Positions 45,821 to 54,635 of a DNA stretch of 64,000 bases are shown here, piece after piece (positions within the stretch are counted from its first letter, which is position 1; every line of letters starts with the position of its first letter). Source of the DNA: an uncultured Verrucomicrobiota bacterium (lineage in GTDB: Bacteria > Verrucomicrobiota > Kiritimatiellia > CAIVKH01). The notes under the pieces were generated by a model, which was not told where the DNA came from, ran no database searches, and saw only the letters and a program-made list of their open reading frames with translations. The DNA is taken from assembly GCA_964503335.1 (NCBI GenBank), contig CAZCZZ010000010.1, forward strand, positions 2,036-66,035. Reading direction: 5' to 3'. A program made the translations under genes and the position numbers.

Positions 45821-47494
45821 ATGAGCGATGATCCGTCGAAGCCACGAGTCCTTCATGACTTGCGAGAGCTTGCGTTCCCAGCTCCTCCAAAGGAGACACG
45901 GACACAGCAGCCTGTCCGAGAGGTTCCGCCGAGAAAGGTCACGGAATCTCCCACCACAATCTCGGGCGGCGATCCACACAATCCGAATGCTCACCGTTCG
46001 GATACCAAGGTGGCTGGATTGGAGTCTGAGTTGACACGTGTCAAGAAGGCCCTTGCAGACAATGAGGCGTGGAACAGGAAACTCAAGGAGGACAGCAAGG
46101 CACTCCTGCAGAAGAACCAGGATGCAATTGCACAGCTCGAGCGTGTACGCAGTGAACTGCAACGGGAGGAGCGCCGGCTGGAGGAAGTACGCGCCGAAGC
46201 GAATCATATAGCCTCGGTCACGCCGGAGGCATCCCTTCGCAAGATTGACCAAGATATGGAGGCGGCCGCGGCACTTCTCGAGAGCGCGAGGGTTGAAACG
46301 GAGCGTATGCGCAAGGAGGCCGAAACCAATATCGCGAACGAGCGGGCAGAGCTGAGTACCCGCGAAGACGGACTGCGTAAGAAGGAGTTGGAACTTCAGC
46401 AAGTCCGGAAGCGACTGGGCGATGAACTCACCACGACCCAGGCGGAGCGCGATACAGCAATCAAGAGGGCTTCCTCGCTTCAGGGACAGATCACGAAGCT
46501 GAAGAACGAGGCCGAGGAGATGTCTGAAGAGCAAGAGCGTCTGAAGGACAAGCTCGGCTCAGTCGCGAGGGAGCGACAACTGGCGAGGGAGGAGCTTCGC
46601 GAGGCACAGGAGAAGCTGGAGGAGAGCGCCAAGGCGATCGCTAAGCTGACGACGGCCAATGATCGGTACAGTAGTCGCATTGCAGCCGCGATGGGGACTT
46701 TCATAGCACATAGTCCGCTCGTTTCGGAGTGGCTGATGGGTCTTGATGGGATGGGTGAAGGAGTCGACTGGACAAAGCTTGTAGTCACTCTTGGAAGTGA
46801 TCCGATTCAGGAGTCGTGTCTCGACCGAATTCTGGAGGATCGGGATCATGAGGTGGCGGGTGTCGGACACAACAAGTCGGGCGTCATGATCATCGGTCGT
46901 GAGGATTGGACGATGGATGATATCCAGCAGCAGATTGAAGCGAGGGAAGGGGACACACTGAGGATCTACTCCCAGGAGATGGCCATGATCGCACTGCTGA
47001 CGGGTCATGATCCCTTCGATGCAGGGGACGAGGTTCTGCGCGAGTTCGGGGAGAGTCATCCCGCATTGAGCCGGCTGATGGACGATCCGTTCGAGTGGCC
47101 TTCCACGGGAAGTCGCACCTACGGAGACGTTGTGATCTCTGCGGATGAATGGCGACCGAACAGTCCTTTGACTGCGATGGGATACCATGTAGGCAAATCA
47201 TCAAATCTCACAGAGGCGGAGCGGCGCAAGACATTGGAGACCATCTTTCGCGGGCGCTTGCAGTTCCCGCCGGGGTTCTCCGAATCGGATAAGCGAGAGT
47301 GGGGAATTCCCTCATCGAGTGACCGCCTCCATCGAATCGCTGCTCACATCGCACAAGTCATAGGCCGATTCTCCCAGCAAGCGTATGCTGACTACAGCGT
47401 AGCCGTCGAGGAGTGGCGTTCTGATCTGGCATGGTTGAAGCGAACGTTCTACCGTGGCACCCATCGCTTCCGCTGGCCAGACGTGAATATGTGA
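45821..47494 (+). CDS. coiled-coil protein with unknown globular C-terminal half
   Basis: About 220 aa of heptad-rich E/K/R/L sequence (aa ~60-280), followed by a non-repetitive region. Last gene of the plus-strand array. Confidence 0.6.
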   Translation: MSDDPSKPRVLHDLRELAFPAPPKETRTQQPVREVPPRKVTESPTTISGGDPHNPNAHRSDTKVAGLESELTRVKKALADNEAWNRKLKEDSKALLQKNQDAIAQLERVRSELQREERRLEEVRAEANHIASVTPEASLRKIDQDMEAAAALLESARVETERMRKEAETNIANERAELSTREDGLRKKELELQQVRKRLGDELTTTQAERDTAIKRASSLQGQITKLKNEAEEMSEEQERLKDKLGSVARERQLAREELREAQEKLEESAKAIAKLTTANDRYSSRIAAAMGTFIAHSPLVSEWLMGLDGMGEGVDWTKLVVTLGSDPIQESCLDRILEDRDHEVAGVGHNKSGVMIIGREDWTMDDIQQQIEAREGDTLRIYSQEMAMIALLTGHDPFDAGDEVLREFGESHPALSRLMDDPFEWPSTGSRTYGDVVISADEWRPNSPLTAMGYHVGKSSNLTEAERRKTLETIFRGRLQFPPGFSESDKREWGIPSSSDRLHRIAAHIAQVIGRFSQQAYADYSVAVEEWRSDLAWLKRTFYRGTHRFRWPDVNM

Positions 47495-47695
47495 GGTCAG
47501 GGGCATTCCTTATGATGCTGACTTGCACAAAGATTTTCCTCAACAGCAGGGGTAGAGGGTGCGGTTGGTGGATTGCCATAGCTTCCAAAGCCTTTCGTGC
47601 GCCAGTCGAGGCGAAGCTGCGTGCTTCGAGTGCAGCGCGATCCCAAAGGCGTGGAGATTAGGGGCAAGCGGGCTCATCGCGAGCCTGCATGGGCG

Positions 47696-50596
47696 TCAAC
47701 TGATATTGGGCAACTGCTTTCCATAGTAATGGCAAAGTTTGACGACTTGCGCGTAAGGCAGTCGATCATTCAGGTCAAGAAATCGCTTCTCATTCATCAG
47801 GTCCTTGGTCAGTGCGCTCGCACGCAAGCCCAAATGGTTGGCCAAAGACCTGACGGTGATTCGAGCAGACTCAAGCTGATTGAAGGCCACCAAATCGCGA
47901 TTTCCAATTAGCCTGGTAAGTAGTTTCTCTGCAGCATCGGCATTTACCATGGCCGTCCCATCACCCCGCCAAGACTCGCCCGTCGAATCCAGAAACTCGG
48001 TGACGACGTCTTGCCGTAAGTGCATGAACAACGCGAGTTGACTCAACGAGATGCCAATCTGTATCCGTTTGTGAGGCGGCGGCGATGCGGGGTTCCATTG
48101 CTGGGTGCTAGCTTGTGGTGGATAGGGCGGTCGAACGACGGGCGCCGCTGTCTTGAGACTATTCATTTGAGCCTGCAAATCGGCCGCACTAAAGGATGGC
48201 GGCGGGACTGGAGCCGGCTGTTTCGGTGGTTGCGCCTTGTGCAGGTGATCGGCCTCCTTGAGCGCCTCGATCACGTAGGCCACGTTGACCCGGGTGTTTG
48301 CTTGGACCTTCTGAATCCCCTTTGCCGCCATCGTTCTGATCAGTTGGTCAACACGTTTGTCGAGCGCCTTGGCAACCTCCTCAAGTGAAGCGACGGAACC
48401 CAACAAATCCTTTTTGCTTTGCGCCGGTTTCGGTGCGGCAGGAATTGAAGGGGGGATTTCGGCGGGCGGGATTACTTCGGCGTTCTCCATCTTCAGGGTA
48501 GCCACGACCGCGATCTCGGTCGGGGTCTCCGTCACCGCAGCTTCTGCCGGATGAGCGGGAGGGTTTATAGCGGTTGCCGCGGAGGTCAATTCGCCGGCAG
48601 GTGCGGCGACCTTGATATCGGTCGGCAGAGCGGACGGTTCCGATTCCATGACATCAACGTAAGACGCGAAGGTTTCCACGTCCGGTGTCTCATTGAATTG
48701 AATCTTCCAGACCGTACCCGATGGGCTCTCCTGTACGGACTGCCGGGCTAGCTGTCGGAACATCAGGTCGAATTCTGTTGCTACGTCCTTCGCGATATCG
48801 GCCGGCAGAATGAAATAGAGAAATACGTTGGCCCGGCTGGCGGCAAGATACACCATGCGGCGCGCTTGCCACATCTCCGATCGTGCTCGCGCCAAATCTA
48901 GGGGCCATCGCTCCGATGCGGTGATCCAAGAGAACACCGCCGGAAGCCCTTCGATGACGACCACGGGAAACTCTTGTCCCTTCACATATTTATCCAGCAA
49001 ATCAGCCGCGTCAGCACCGTGAACACTGTGGTAACTCCATTTCTGCAGATCCTCGTAGTTGAAATCAGAATCCTCTTCGGAAAAACGGATCCACAAGACT
49101 TGGTCTTTGAGCAGCGGAAACTCTGACAGCTGCTGATGTGCGGCTTCAGCCGATGGGAACGCTGAGAGCATGTGGGACCAATTGTTCGCGGGATGCGCAT
49201 CGTTGCGAGCGCTTAATATCCACTTACCCGGACCGTCTTGAAGAACCTCACCGAACCCGAACTCTCCCCTCAGCTCACTGGGCTTTGGCAATATCTTGGG
49301 TCCGGCGTCGGCAAACCAGCGGAACAACAGGCCGAGGCTTCCGGCGTAAGCGGGAAATGGGTTTCGGTAATTGCGCGTCAGCTTTCGGGTGCAGAGACTG
49401 AAATCGATTCCGTCAATCATGCGCGTGGAATCCCGCGAGAGCCGCAGCTTCTGGTGCCTGTCGCAGGCAATGACCAAGTAGTTACCCGGGGACGAAGTGT
49501 GCCATTCACGCACCTTCTTTTCTCCATCCGGGCCTAAATCGTGAGCCTCATCGACGAGCAACACATTGCATTCAATCGTCGATATTTCACTGAAGACGCG
49601 GAACTCTGGCTTAACTCGCCGATATTCATTATACGTATCAACTTCTCCGTATAAGTCCGTGAAACGCCCAAACATCTTCTTTAGCATTTCCTTTTGCTTT
49701 TCAGTGTGGGCAACAACCCAAACGCGGCGTTTGTCCAGAGGAGGGAGACCGACCCTCGTGGCGTCCTCTGTATAGGTTTGGAGGAACCTTGTTCCGTCAC
49801 GCAGGGCGGCAACATAGCGGTCCGTGATCAAGACCATGGTTGAGTAGATCAGAAGAACACTTTTCCCCATGCCTGCTGAACCATTGATGGCCCAACGTTC
49901 GGGCTTGAAATCGAGATGCCGAAATATCTCGGAATCTATAAAGAAGCGACAGCGGCGAGCGTATTCGATGGCGTTGTAGACCTCGGGATGTCCCAGCACG
50001 GGGACCACCTGTCCCAAACGTATTCGACGGAGGATTTCAGACTGCTGCACGCGGAGCGCGTCGGCCTCTTTGAGCCTTTTGCGCATGAATGTCTCGAACA
50101 TGTCCGGGCTGACAAGCGAGAGATCAAAAGACGGCAAGGGTTGGCATGTCATTTCCCCCTTCTTGGCGTTCAACCCTTGAGCATGGGATGCGACAATAAC
50201 CGCGTGTACCCGCACCTCGCCGTCCAACGGCTCAATGTTCGTCAAGAGCGCTGACCGCTGAGTGCCCAGTTGGTCCTTGATTGATTTCTCGCCGGTCTCG
50301 CGGTAATGGGCGAGCCACGGTCCTCCCGGGGTTACATTGCCATAGTTGCCGCGCGCGTCAGGGGCGCCTGTCACCTTGCAGGATTTGCATTCGATGATAA
50401 GGATCGTGTGTCTCCGTCCGGTTTTGAGGTGTGCGATGAAATCAAGCTCGTTGGCCATGGCACTCCAATCCATGGCTGCATCTGCGCGGAAAACTGGGAC
50501 GCCCGAAAGATAAGCATGAGGAAGGACGCGATCCAGCACGTCCGCGATCTGTTGTTCGAACTGTCGTCCGTTCCTGGTTGCATCAATCTGTGACAT
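47696..50596 (-). CDS. NERD/PD-(D/E)XK-like nuclease + SF1 (UvrD/DUF2075-like) helicase with Pro-rich linker and repeated IF2_N-like C-terminal modules
   Basis: ELDFIAH...ILIIECKSCK; INGSAGMGKSVLL; VLLVDEAHDL; NYRN; YLAASRANVFLY. The C-terminus is described in the findings. ATG at 50596 is preferred over the track start 50689. Confidence 0.75.
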   Translation of the reverse strand: MSQIDATRNGRQFEQQIADVLDRVLPHAYLSGVPVFRADAAMDWSAMANELDFIAHLKTGRRHTILIIECKSCKVTGAPDARGNYGNVTPGGPWLAHYRETGEKSIKDQLGTQRSALLTNIEPLDGEVRVHAVIVASHAQGLNAKKGEMTCQPLPSFDLSLVSPDMFETFMRKRLKEADALRVQQSEILRRIRLGQVVPVLGHPEVYNAIEYARRCRFFIDSEIFRHLDFKPERWAINGSAGMGKSVLLIYSTMVLITDRYVAALRDGTRFLQTYTEDATRVGLPPLDKRRVWVVAHTEKQKEMLKKMFGRFTDLYGEVDTYNEYRRVKPEFRVFSEISTIECNVLLVDEAHDLGPDGEKKVREWHTSSPGNYLVIACDRHQKLRLSRDSTRMIDGIDFSLCTRKLTRNYRNPFPAYAGSLGLLFRWFADAGPKILPKPSELRGEFGFGEVLQDGPGKWILSARNDAHPANNWSHMLSAFPSAEAAHQQLSEFPLLKDQVLWIRFSEEDSDFNYEDLQKWSYHSVHGADAADLLDKYVKGQEFPVVVIEGLPAVFSWITASERWPLDLARARSEMWQARRMVYLAASRANVFLYFILPADIAKDVATEFDLMFRQLARQSVQESPSGTVWKIQFNETPDVETFASYVDVMESEPSALPTDIKVAAPAGELTSAATAINPPAHPAEAAVTETPTEIAVVATLKMENAEVIPPAEIPPSIPAAPKPAQSKKDLLGSVASLEEVAKALDKRVDQLIRTMAAKGIQKVQANTRVNVAYVIEALKEADHLHKAQPPKQPAPVPPPSFSAADLQAQMNSLKTAAPVVRPPYPPQASTQQWNPASPPPHKRIQIGISLSQLALFMHLRQDVVTEFLDSTGESWRGDGTAMVNADAAEKLLTRLIGNRDLVAFNQLESARITVRSLANHLGLRASALTKDLMNEKRFLDLNDRLPYAQVVKLCHYYGKQLPNIS

Positions 50597-50811
50597 GACA
50601 GTGCCTTGTTGGGGGCGAGACCCGCTTAATGAATGACGGGACCTTCTTTGAGTATGTCTTTCACCAAATACCCGACTTTGTCGAGCCATCCTCGGAGTTC
50701 TGATTCGTTTTGAATAGTTGCTGTAGGAAGCACGATCCGGATAGCGTCAGGCCGAGCTCATCCTGCATCATGGTTCTGCTGATGTGTGGTCTACTCGCAG
50801 AAAACGTCAGC

Positions 50812-51123
50812 CTAATCATGGGATCCTATCCATGCGTACTTCACGATGACGAATCCGGGCGGTTCGCCGGATTCGCCTTCCGGTATCCTGACACTCGCAT
50901 AGCGGTGTCCCGAGCCCGCAGCCGGAACGAATTCGCACTCATTGACCGCCGTAAATCGACCCTCGTCCCAGTCGAGAGACGCGAAGTGGCCCACTCTGTT
51001 GGTCGCGAAACGGATGGCAATGATCTCATCTTCCGTGCGCCAGTCGCCTTCCAGTAGATCTGGTCGATCGGCGACTCTGATACGGGAAACGGTTCCTGCA
51101 TCACAACTAGCGAGCATCCACAC
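50812..51123 (-). CDS. small hypothetical protein (103 aa)
   Basis: Only an ORF with protein-like composition, upstream of and co-directional with the NERD-helicase. No motif recognised. Confidence 0.3.
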   Translation of the reverse strand: MWMLASCDAGTVSRIRVADRPDLLEGDWRTEDEIIAIRFATNRVGHFASLDWDEGRFTAVNECEFVPAAGSGHRYASVRIPEGESGEPPGFVIVKYAWIGSHD

Positions 51124-51210
51124 AAGGGCAGAAGGAGCGAGCTAAGTGGAAGCGCCGGTGTGTATCGCAAGATCATGGGCGGATGCTTACCAGTGGCGGA
51201 CGGGTGCTGA

Positions 51211-51245
51211 TAGCTAAAAAAGGGGGCGTCCCCTCTTTTTTAGAA
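51211..51245 (-). terminator. putative rho-independent (bidirectional) terminator
   Basis: AAAAAAGGGGGCGTCCCCTCTTTTTT lies immediately after the XRE gene stop (51246-51248). Short GC stem flanked by A and T runs. Confidence 0.45.
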
Positions 51246-51494
51246 CTACCGTGCGGCGACTTTCGTGCGAGCATGGTTTCGGGGAGCGAACAGAACCTCG
51301 ACGCGAACGTTCAGTGCTTGTGCAAGGTGTCTCACTTCCAAGTCCTTCACCTGTCGGCGTCCGCACTCTATGGCGGCAATTTGTTTGCTCGTCAGCGAAT
51401 AGCCCCGCCGAGCCACGCGTGCCGCGAGATCCTCGATGGACACACCCGATCTGCATCGGACGCGTCGCACGGCGGGTCCCATCACGTTCTTCAT
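51246..51494 (-). CDS. XRE-family helix-turn-helix regulator
   Basis: VSIEDLAARVARRGYSLTSKQIAAIECGRR is a typical HTH_3 pattern. The ATG at 51494 overlaps the upstream stop (ATGA). Confidence 0.7.
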   Translation of the reverse strand: MKNVMGPAVRRVRCRSGVSIEDLAARVARRGYSLTSKQIAAIECGRRQVKDLEVRHLAQALNVRVEVLFAPRNHARTKVAAR

Positions 51495-51835
51495 CGGTCG
51501 CTCCAGAGCCCCGATGCCCGGAGCGCGTCCGCAAGACGCACATTGCAGAGCCGAAAGAGATGAGCTGTCTGCAGGATGTCGACGCGTAGTTCGCACGACT
51601 CCATCTTGCTGACCCAAGTGCGACTGACGCCAAGGTGCCTGGCGACGTCAGCTTGGAGCAGGGATTCCTTCTTCCTTGATGACCTGAGATGCGCGGTGAG
51701 TCGGTGGTAACGAGGGTCATGGATTGTCTTGGGCAATTTGGGATTCTCCTCAAATTGGGGATGAAGTGGTCGAAAGGAATACGCCCGCCCGCAGGTTTTC
51801 CCACGGACGGGCGCAGTCTTTGGTGGTCTGATCAA
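51491..51835 (-). CDS. XRE-family helix-turn-helix regulator
   Basis: LLQADVARHLGVSRTWVSKMESCELRVD is an HTH_3 pattern. TTG start at 51835 overlaps the upstream stop; the start is uncertain. Confidence 0.6.
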   Translation of the reverse strand: MIRPPKTAPVRGKTCGRAYSFRPLHPQFEENPKLPKTIHDPRYHRLTAHLRSSRKKESLLQADVARHLGVSRTWVSKMESCELRVDILQTAHLFRLCNVRLADALRASGLWSDR

Positions 51836-52233
51836 GCGGCGAACCGCTGGTCCGTATGCCGATTAGCCTCTCTCCATGCGGCCATCACCTCCGGGTGATT
51901 GCCGTATCGGGTCAGAAGCCATTCCTGGTCCTCGGCGCTGAGTTGCACGGTGTCGAGTGCGCATTGCGAGCGTGTTCCTAACCATTCTTCGGGCAGTCCC
52001 TGCCAGTCGTCCGTCTGGACGTGCTGAGCAAGGATCTCCCGGACCTGCCGACATAACCAGTCCTCGAACCCTTCGTCCTCATGGCAGTTCGCCACGAGGT
52101 GATCGAGGATCAGTGCGCCGGGGCTGCTCTCCCGCTGTTGACACACCCCGGATACGAACGGATCGGCGAATAGGAACTCCTCAAGGGATCTTTCCAGTCG
52201 TTCGGTGACGTTGGTCCGCTTGACGTACCTCAT
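51832..52233 (-). CDS. hypothetical protein (133 aa)
   Basis: ORF coupled by 4-nt overlaps to both neighbours. Acidic and Trp-rich. No domain recognised. Confidence 0.5.
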   Translation of the reverse strand: MRYVKRTNVTERLERSLEEFLFADPFVSGVCQQRESSPGALILDHLVANCHEDEGFEDWLCRQVREILAQHVQTDDWQGLPEEWLGTRSQCALDTVQLSAEDQEWLLTRYGNHPEVMAAWREANRHTDQRFAA

Positions 52234-52979
52234 GCCGCCTCCTGGGCCAGCTGCAAGCCCACTTGCTCATCGCACACCGCATAGAGCGCCCTCGTCCGCT
52301 CCGGCAGTAGGTGCAGCTTGCCCTTGAGGACTTCAGTGCAGGCGTTGAACCAGCTCCAGGCGTTGCGCTGTTCGAAGGCGGCGTGACGAGGATGTCGCCA
52401 TTCCTCCAACACGTCCGGGATCATTCGGGTCGTGATGGCGCCGGCGTCGAGCGCCTGGATCGTCAGGTCGTGCGCACGCGTGTTGTCCATGTGCCAAGCC
52501 TTGTACCGCTCAATCCGCCGATCCTGGTCGAACCACTTGTGCACCAGCCGGCCCAGTGCGTCCTTTACCAGCGTCGGCAGATCCCGGAGGATCATCGACG
52601 TGTGCTTGCGGCTGACTTCGATCTCACCGGAGAACGCGAGGTTGTCACACACAAAGACACTGCTGCCGGCCACGAGGCCAGCGGGCAGTGTCTTGTCATG
52701 ACTGTTGCGCAAACCCAACACCCAGCTGTAGTCCGGGTTGTTGTGCCAGTTCTGGACCTGAAGGAGACCGAAGTACCGGCCGCCGTCATGGGTCAGGGCG
52801 TGCGCCTCGTTCACGACCGTCAGGTTGTGACTGGGGAGCGTCTCCTCGATCGATTCGAGGAACGCGCTGTGCGGGATCGGCTGCCACGTGTCGGTGGCGA
52901 CCGGCGTCAGCACGAGGCCGAGCTCCGTGCGGGGTACCGCATGGGCGCCGCAGTGCAGGATCAAGTTGCATCGATTCAT
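52230..52979 (-). CDS. DUF932 (phage/plasmid-like, TIGR03299-type) protein
   Basis: HDKTLPAGLVAGSSVFVCDNLAFSGE and the overall length match DUF932 proteins common in ICEs and plasmids. Confidence 0.6.
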   Translation of the reverse strand: MNRCNLILHCGAHAVPRTELGLVLTPVATDTWQPIPHSAFLESIEETLPSHNLTVVNEAHALTHDGGRYFGLLQVQNWHNNPDYSWVLGLRNSHDKTLPAGLVAGSSVFVCDNLAFSGEIEVSRKHTSMILRDLPTLVKDALGRLVHKWFDQDRRIERYKAWHMDNTRAHDLTIQALDAGAITTRMIPDVLEEWRHPRHAAFEQRNAWSWFNACTEVLKGKLHLLPERTRALYAVCDEQVGLQLAQEAA

Positions 52980-53003
52980 TCTCTTTCTCCTTTGTGTTGT
53001 TGA

Positions 53004-53825
53004 TTACGCTGCCACGCTGATCGTTCGACTTTGCTTCCTATGCCACGCCCGGCACGGTTCCCGGTGGGGACACCCGCTACAGGCGAAGCTCTGGTCGCTG
53101 GGGTAGAACACCTCGTGCTGGATGACCTTCTCGGCCTTCTCCACAAGGCACTCCAGCCTCTGGAAGTCGCTGCTCGTCCGGGTGGTGTTGTTGCGCTCGA
53201 TGACCGGTGTCTTGTTCTTCACAGCCACGTCGAACCGGAACTGCGTGGCTTCCGCCGGATGCAGCTGCCGGTGGGCGTAGAGGTAGACCGTAGGTTGCAG
53301 GCTGCGATCTGCCTGATCCTTCGGCCAACGCCGTGCACTGGTCTTCCAGTCGATCAACGATCGGCCCGTCTGATCCTCGACTACGCAGTCGATCTCACCG
53401 ATCAGCGGCCGGTCGCTGCTCCCGATGGGCACGGCGAACGTCTCATTCATCGAGATGACGCGCTCATTCGGGTCGAGCTGCTTCAGATAGGCGACCGCCA
53501 GTTCCGAACCCTGCTTCGCCAGATCATCGGGTGACAGCTCTTCGTCCTTCTCCAGGGGCGGACCATCCTTGCCCTCTCGCTCCCACAGGTCATGGAACAG
53601 GGCTCGGGTGTCCATCTCGGTCGGTAATTTGCTCTCCATGCGGTTCAGGGCGATGAACTCCATCACCCGGTGATAGACCGAGCCCATGGCGATGCTGATG
53701 GGTGTAAACGGGCGCGGTAACTTCTCGATCTTCTCGAAGTAGAACTGGAGCGAGCAGATGGAAAGCAGCTGGTTCAGGCTGCTGTACGACCAGTGGGGCC
53801 GGTCGCGATAGGTGTTGAGGTTCAT
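53004..53825 (-). CDS. Cas4/RecB-like PD-(D/E)XK nuclease with Fe-S Cys motif
   Basis: IGEIDCVVED...LIDWKTS, an N-terminal Cys (SICSLQFYF) and C-terminal CSGCPHREPC (CX2CX5C). ATG at 53825 is preferred. Confidence 0.7.
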   Translation of the reverse strand: MNLNTYRDRPHWSYSSLNQLLSICSLQFYFEKIEKLPRPFTPISIAMGSVYHRVMEFIALNRMESKLPTEMDTRALFHDLWEREGKDGPPLEKDEELSPDDLAKQGSELAVAYLKQLDPNERVISMNETFAVPIGSSDRPLIGEIDCVVEDQTGRSLIDWKTSARRWPKDQADRSLQPTVYLYAHRQLHPAEATQFRFDVAVKNKTPVIERNNTTRTSSDFQRLECLVEKAEKVIQHEVFYPSDQSFACSGCPHREPCRAWHRKQSRTISVAA

Positions 53826-53883
53826 GGGTCTCCTTGTTCGGGTTGAAAGCGGGAGGGGCAGCCTGCGGCTGCCCCTCGTTGCC

Positions 53884-54315
53884 TCAGGCCGCTGCCTTGA
53901 GGTCGTCCACCAGCGCACTGGCGGCTTTGCGGTCGAGCTCATACACCGAGCCCACGCGGAACTGCTTCTGGACGCGGGCGTTGATCTCGCTCAGGGTGAT
54001 GCCCTTCGCCTTGGCGAGGTCGAGGACGTACTTCACCTGGCGGTTGGTCGCCTTCTCCCCGGTGTTGCGGCTGGGGCCCTGTCCACGGGCCGGGAGAACC
54101 CGCACGTCTTCGCGGTCCGGCTTGGCTGCCGTACCGTGCAACTCGGATTCCACGGCTTCCCGAACCAGGGCGAACGTCTCGTGGATCCTTGCCCGGATCT
54201 CCACGGACTCCAGCTTGTCACTCAGCTCGACCTCCATCGAGCAGTGGTACGACTGGCTGGAATACTCGCCCTCGGCGGGCACCTTCTTGCTGTAGGATGC
54301 GTTGAGTTTCAGCAT
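53884..54315 (-). CDS. hypothetical protein (143 aa)
   Basis: ORF in the leftward operon, no domain recognised. ATG at 54315 chosen. Confidence 0.45.
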   Translation of the reverse strand: MLKLNASYSKKVPAEGEYSSQSYHCSMEVELSDKLESVEIRARIHETFALVREAVESELHGTAAKPDREDVRVLPARGQGPSRNTGEKATNRQVKYVLDLAKAKGITLSEINARVQKQFRVGSVYELDRKAASALVDDLKAAA

Positions 54316-54325
54316 GTGGGGTTCC

Positions 54326-54547
54326 TCAGGCGGCGACGGCCATGGCCATGGCTGGCGGTTGGCCTCCGGCCGGGCGGATGCGCTTGGCATAGACATACTC
54401 GCTGGGCTCGATCCCGAAACCCGCCAACTGCTCGGCGATCATGGCGGCGTCGGACTTGCAGGGAGCTAGCACATCGATCGCGATGCGCCGGCCGGTGTCG
54501 TGGCGCTGGGCGTTACCCACAGCCAGTGTGACGTGATAGGCACACAT
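54326..54547 (-). CDS. small hypothetical protein (73 aa)
   Basis: ORF in the operon context only. Confidence 0.35.
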   Translation of the reverse strand: MCAYHVTLAVGNAQRHDTGRRIAIDVLAPCKSDAAMIAEQLAGFGIEPSEYVYAKRIRPAGGQPPAMAMAVAA

Positions 54548-54635
54548 GTTTGCTTCTCCTTTGTTGTTTTGGTTTCAGAAAGCAGAAGGGCCGCTCCCGG
54601 TGAAGAGAGCGGCCCTTGGTGGTGGTCTCGCGGTA

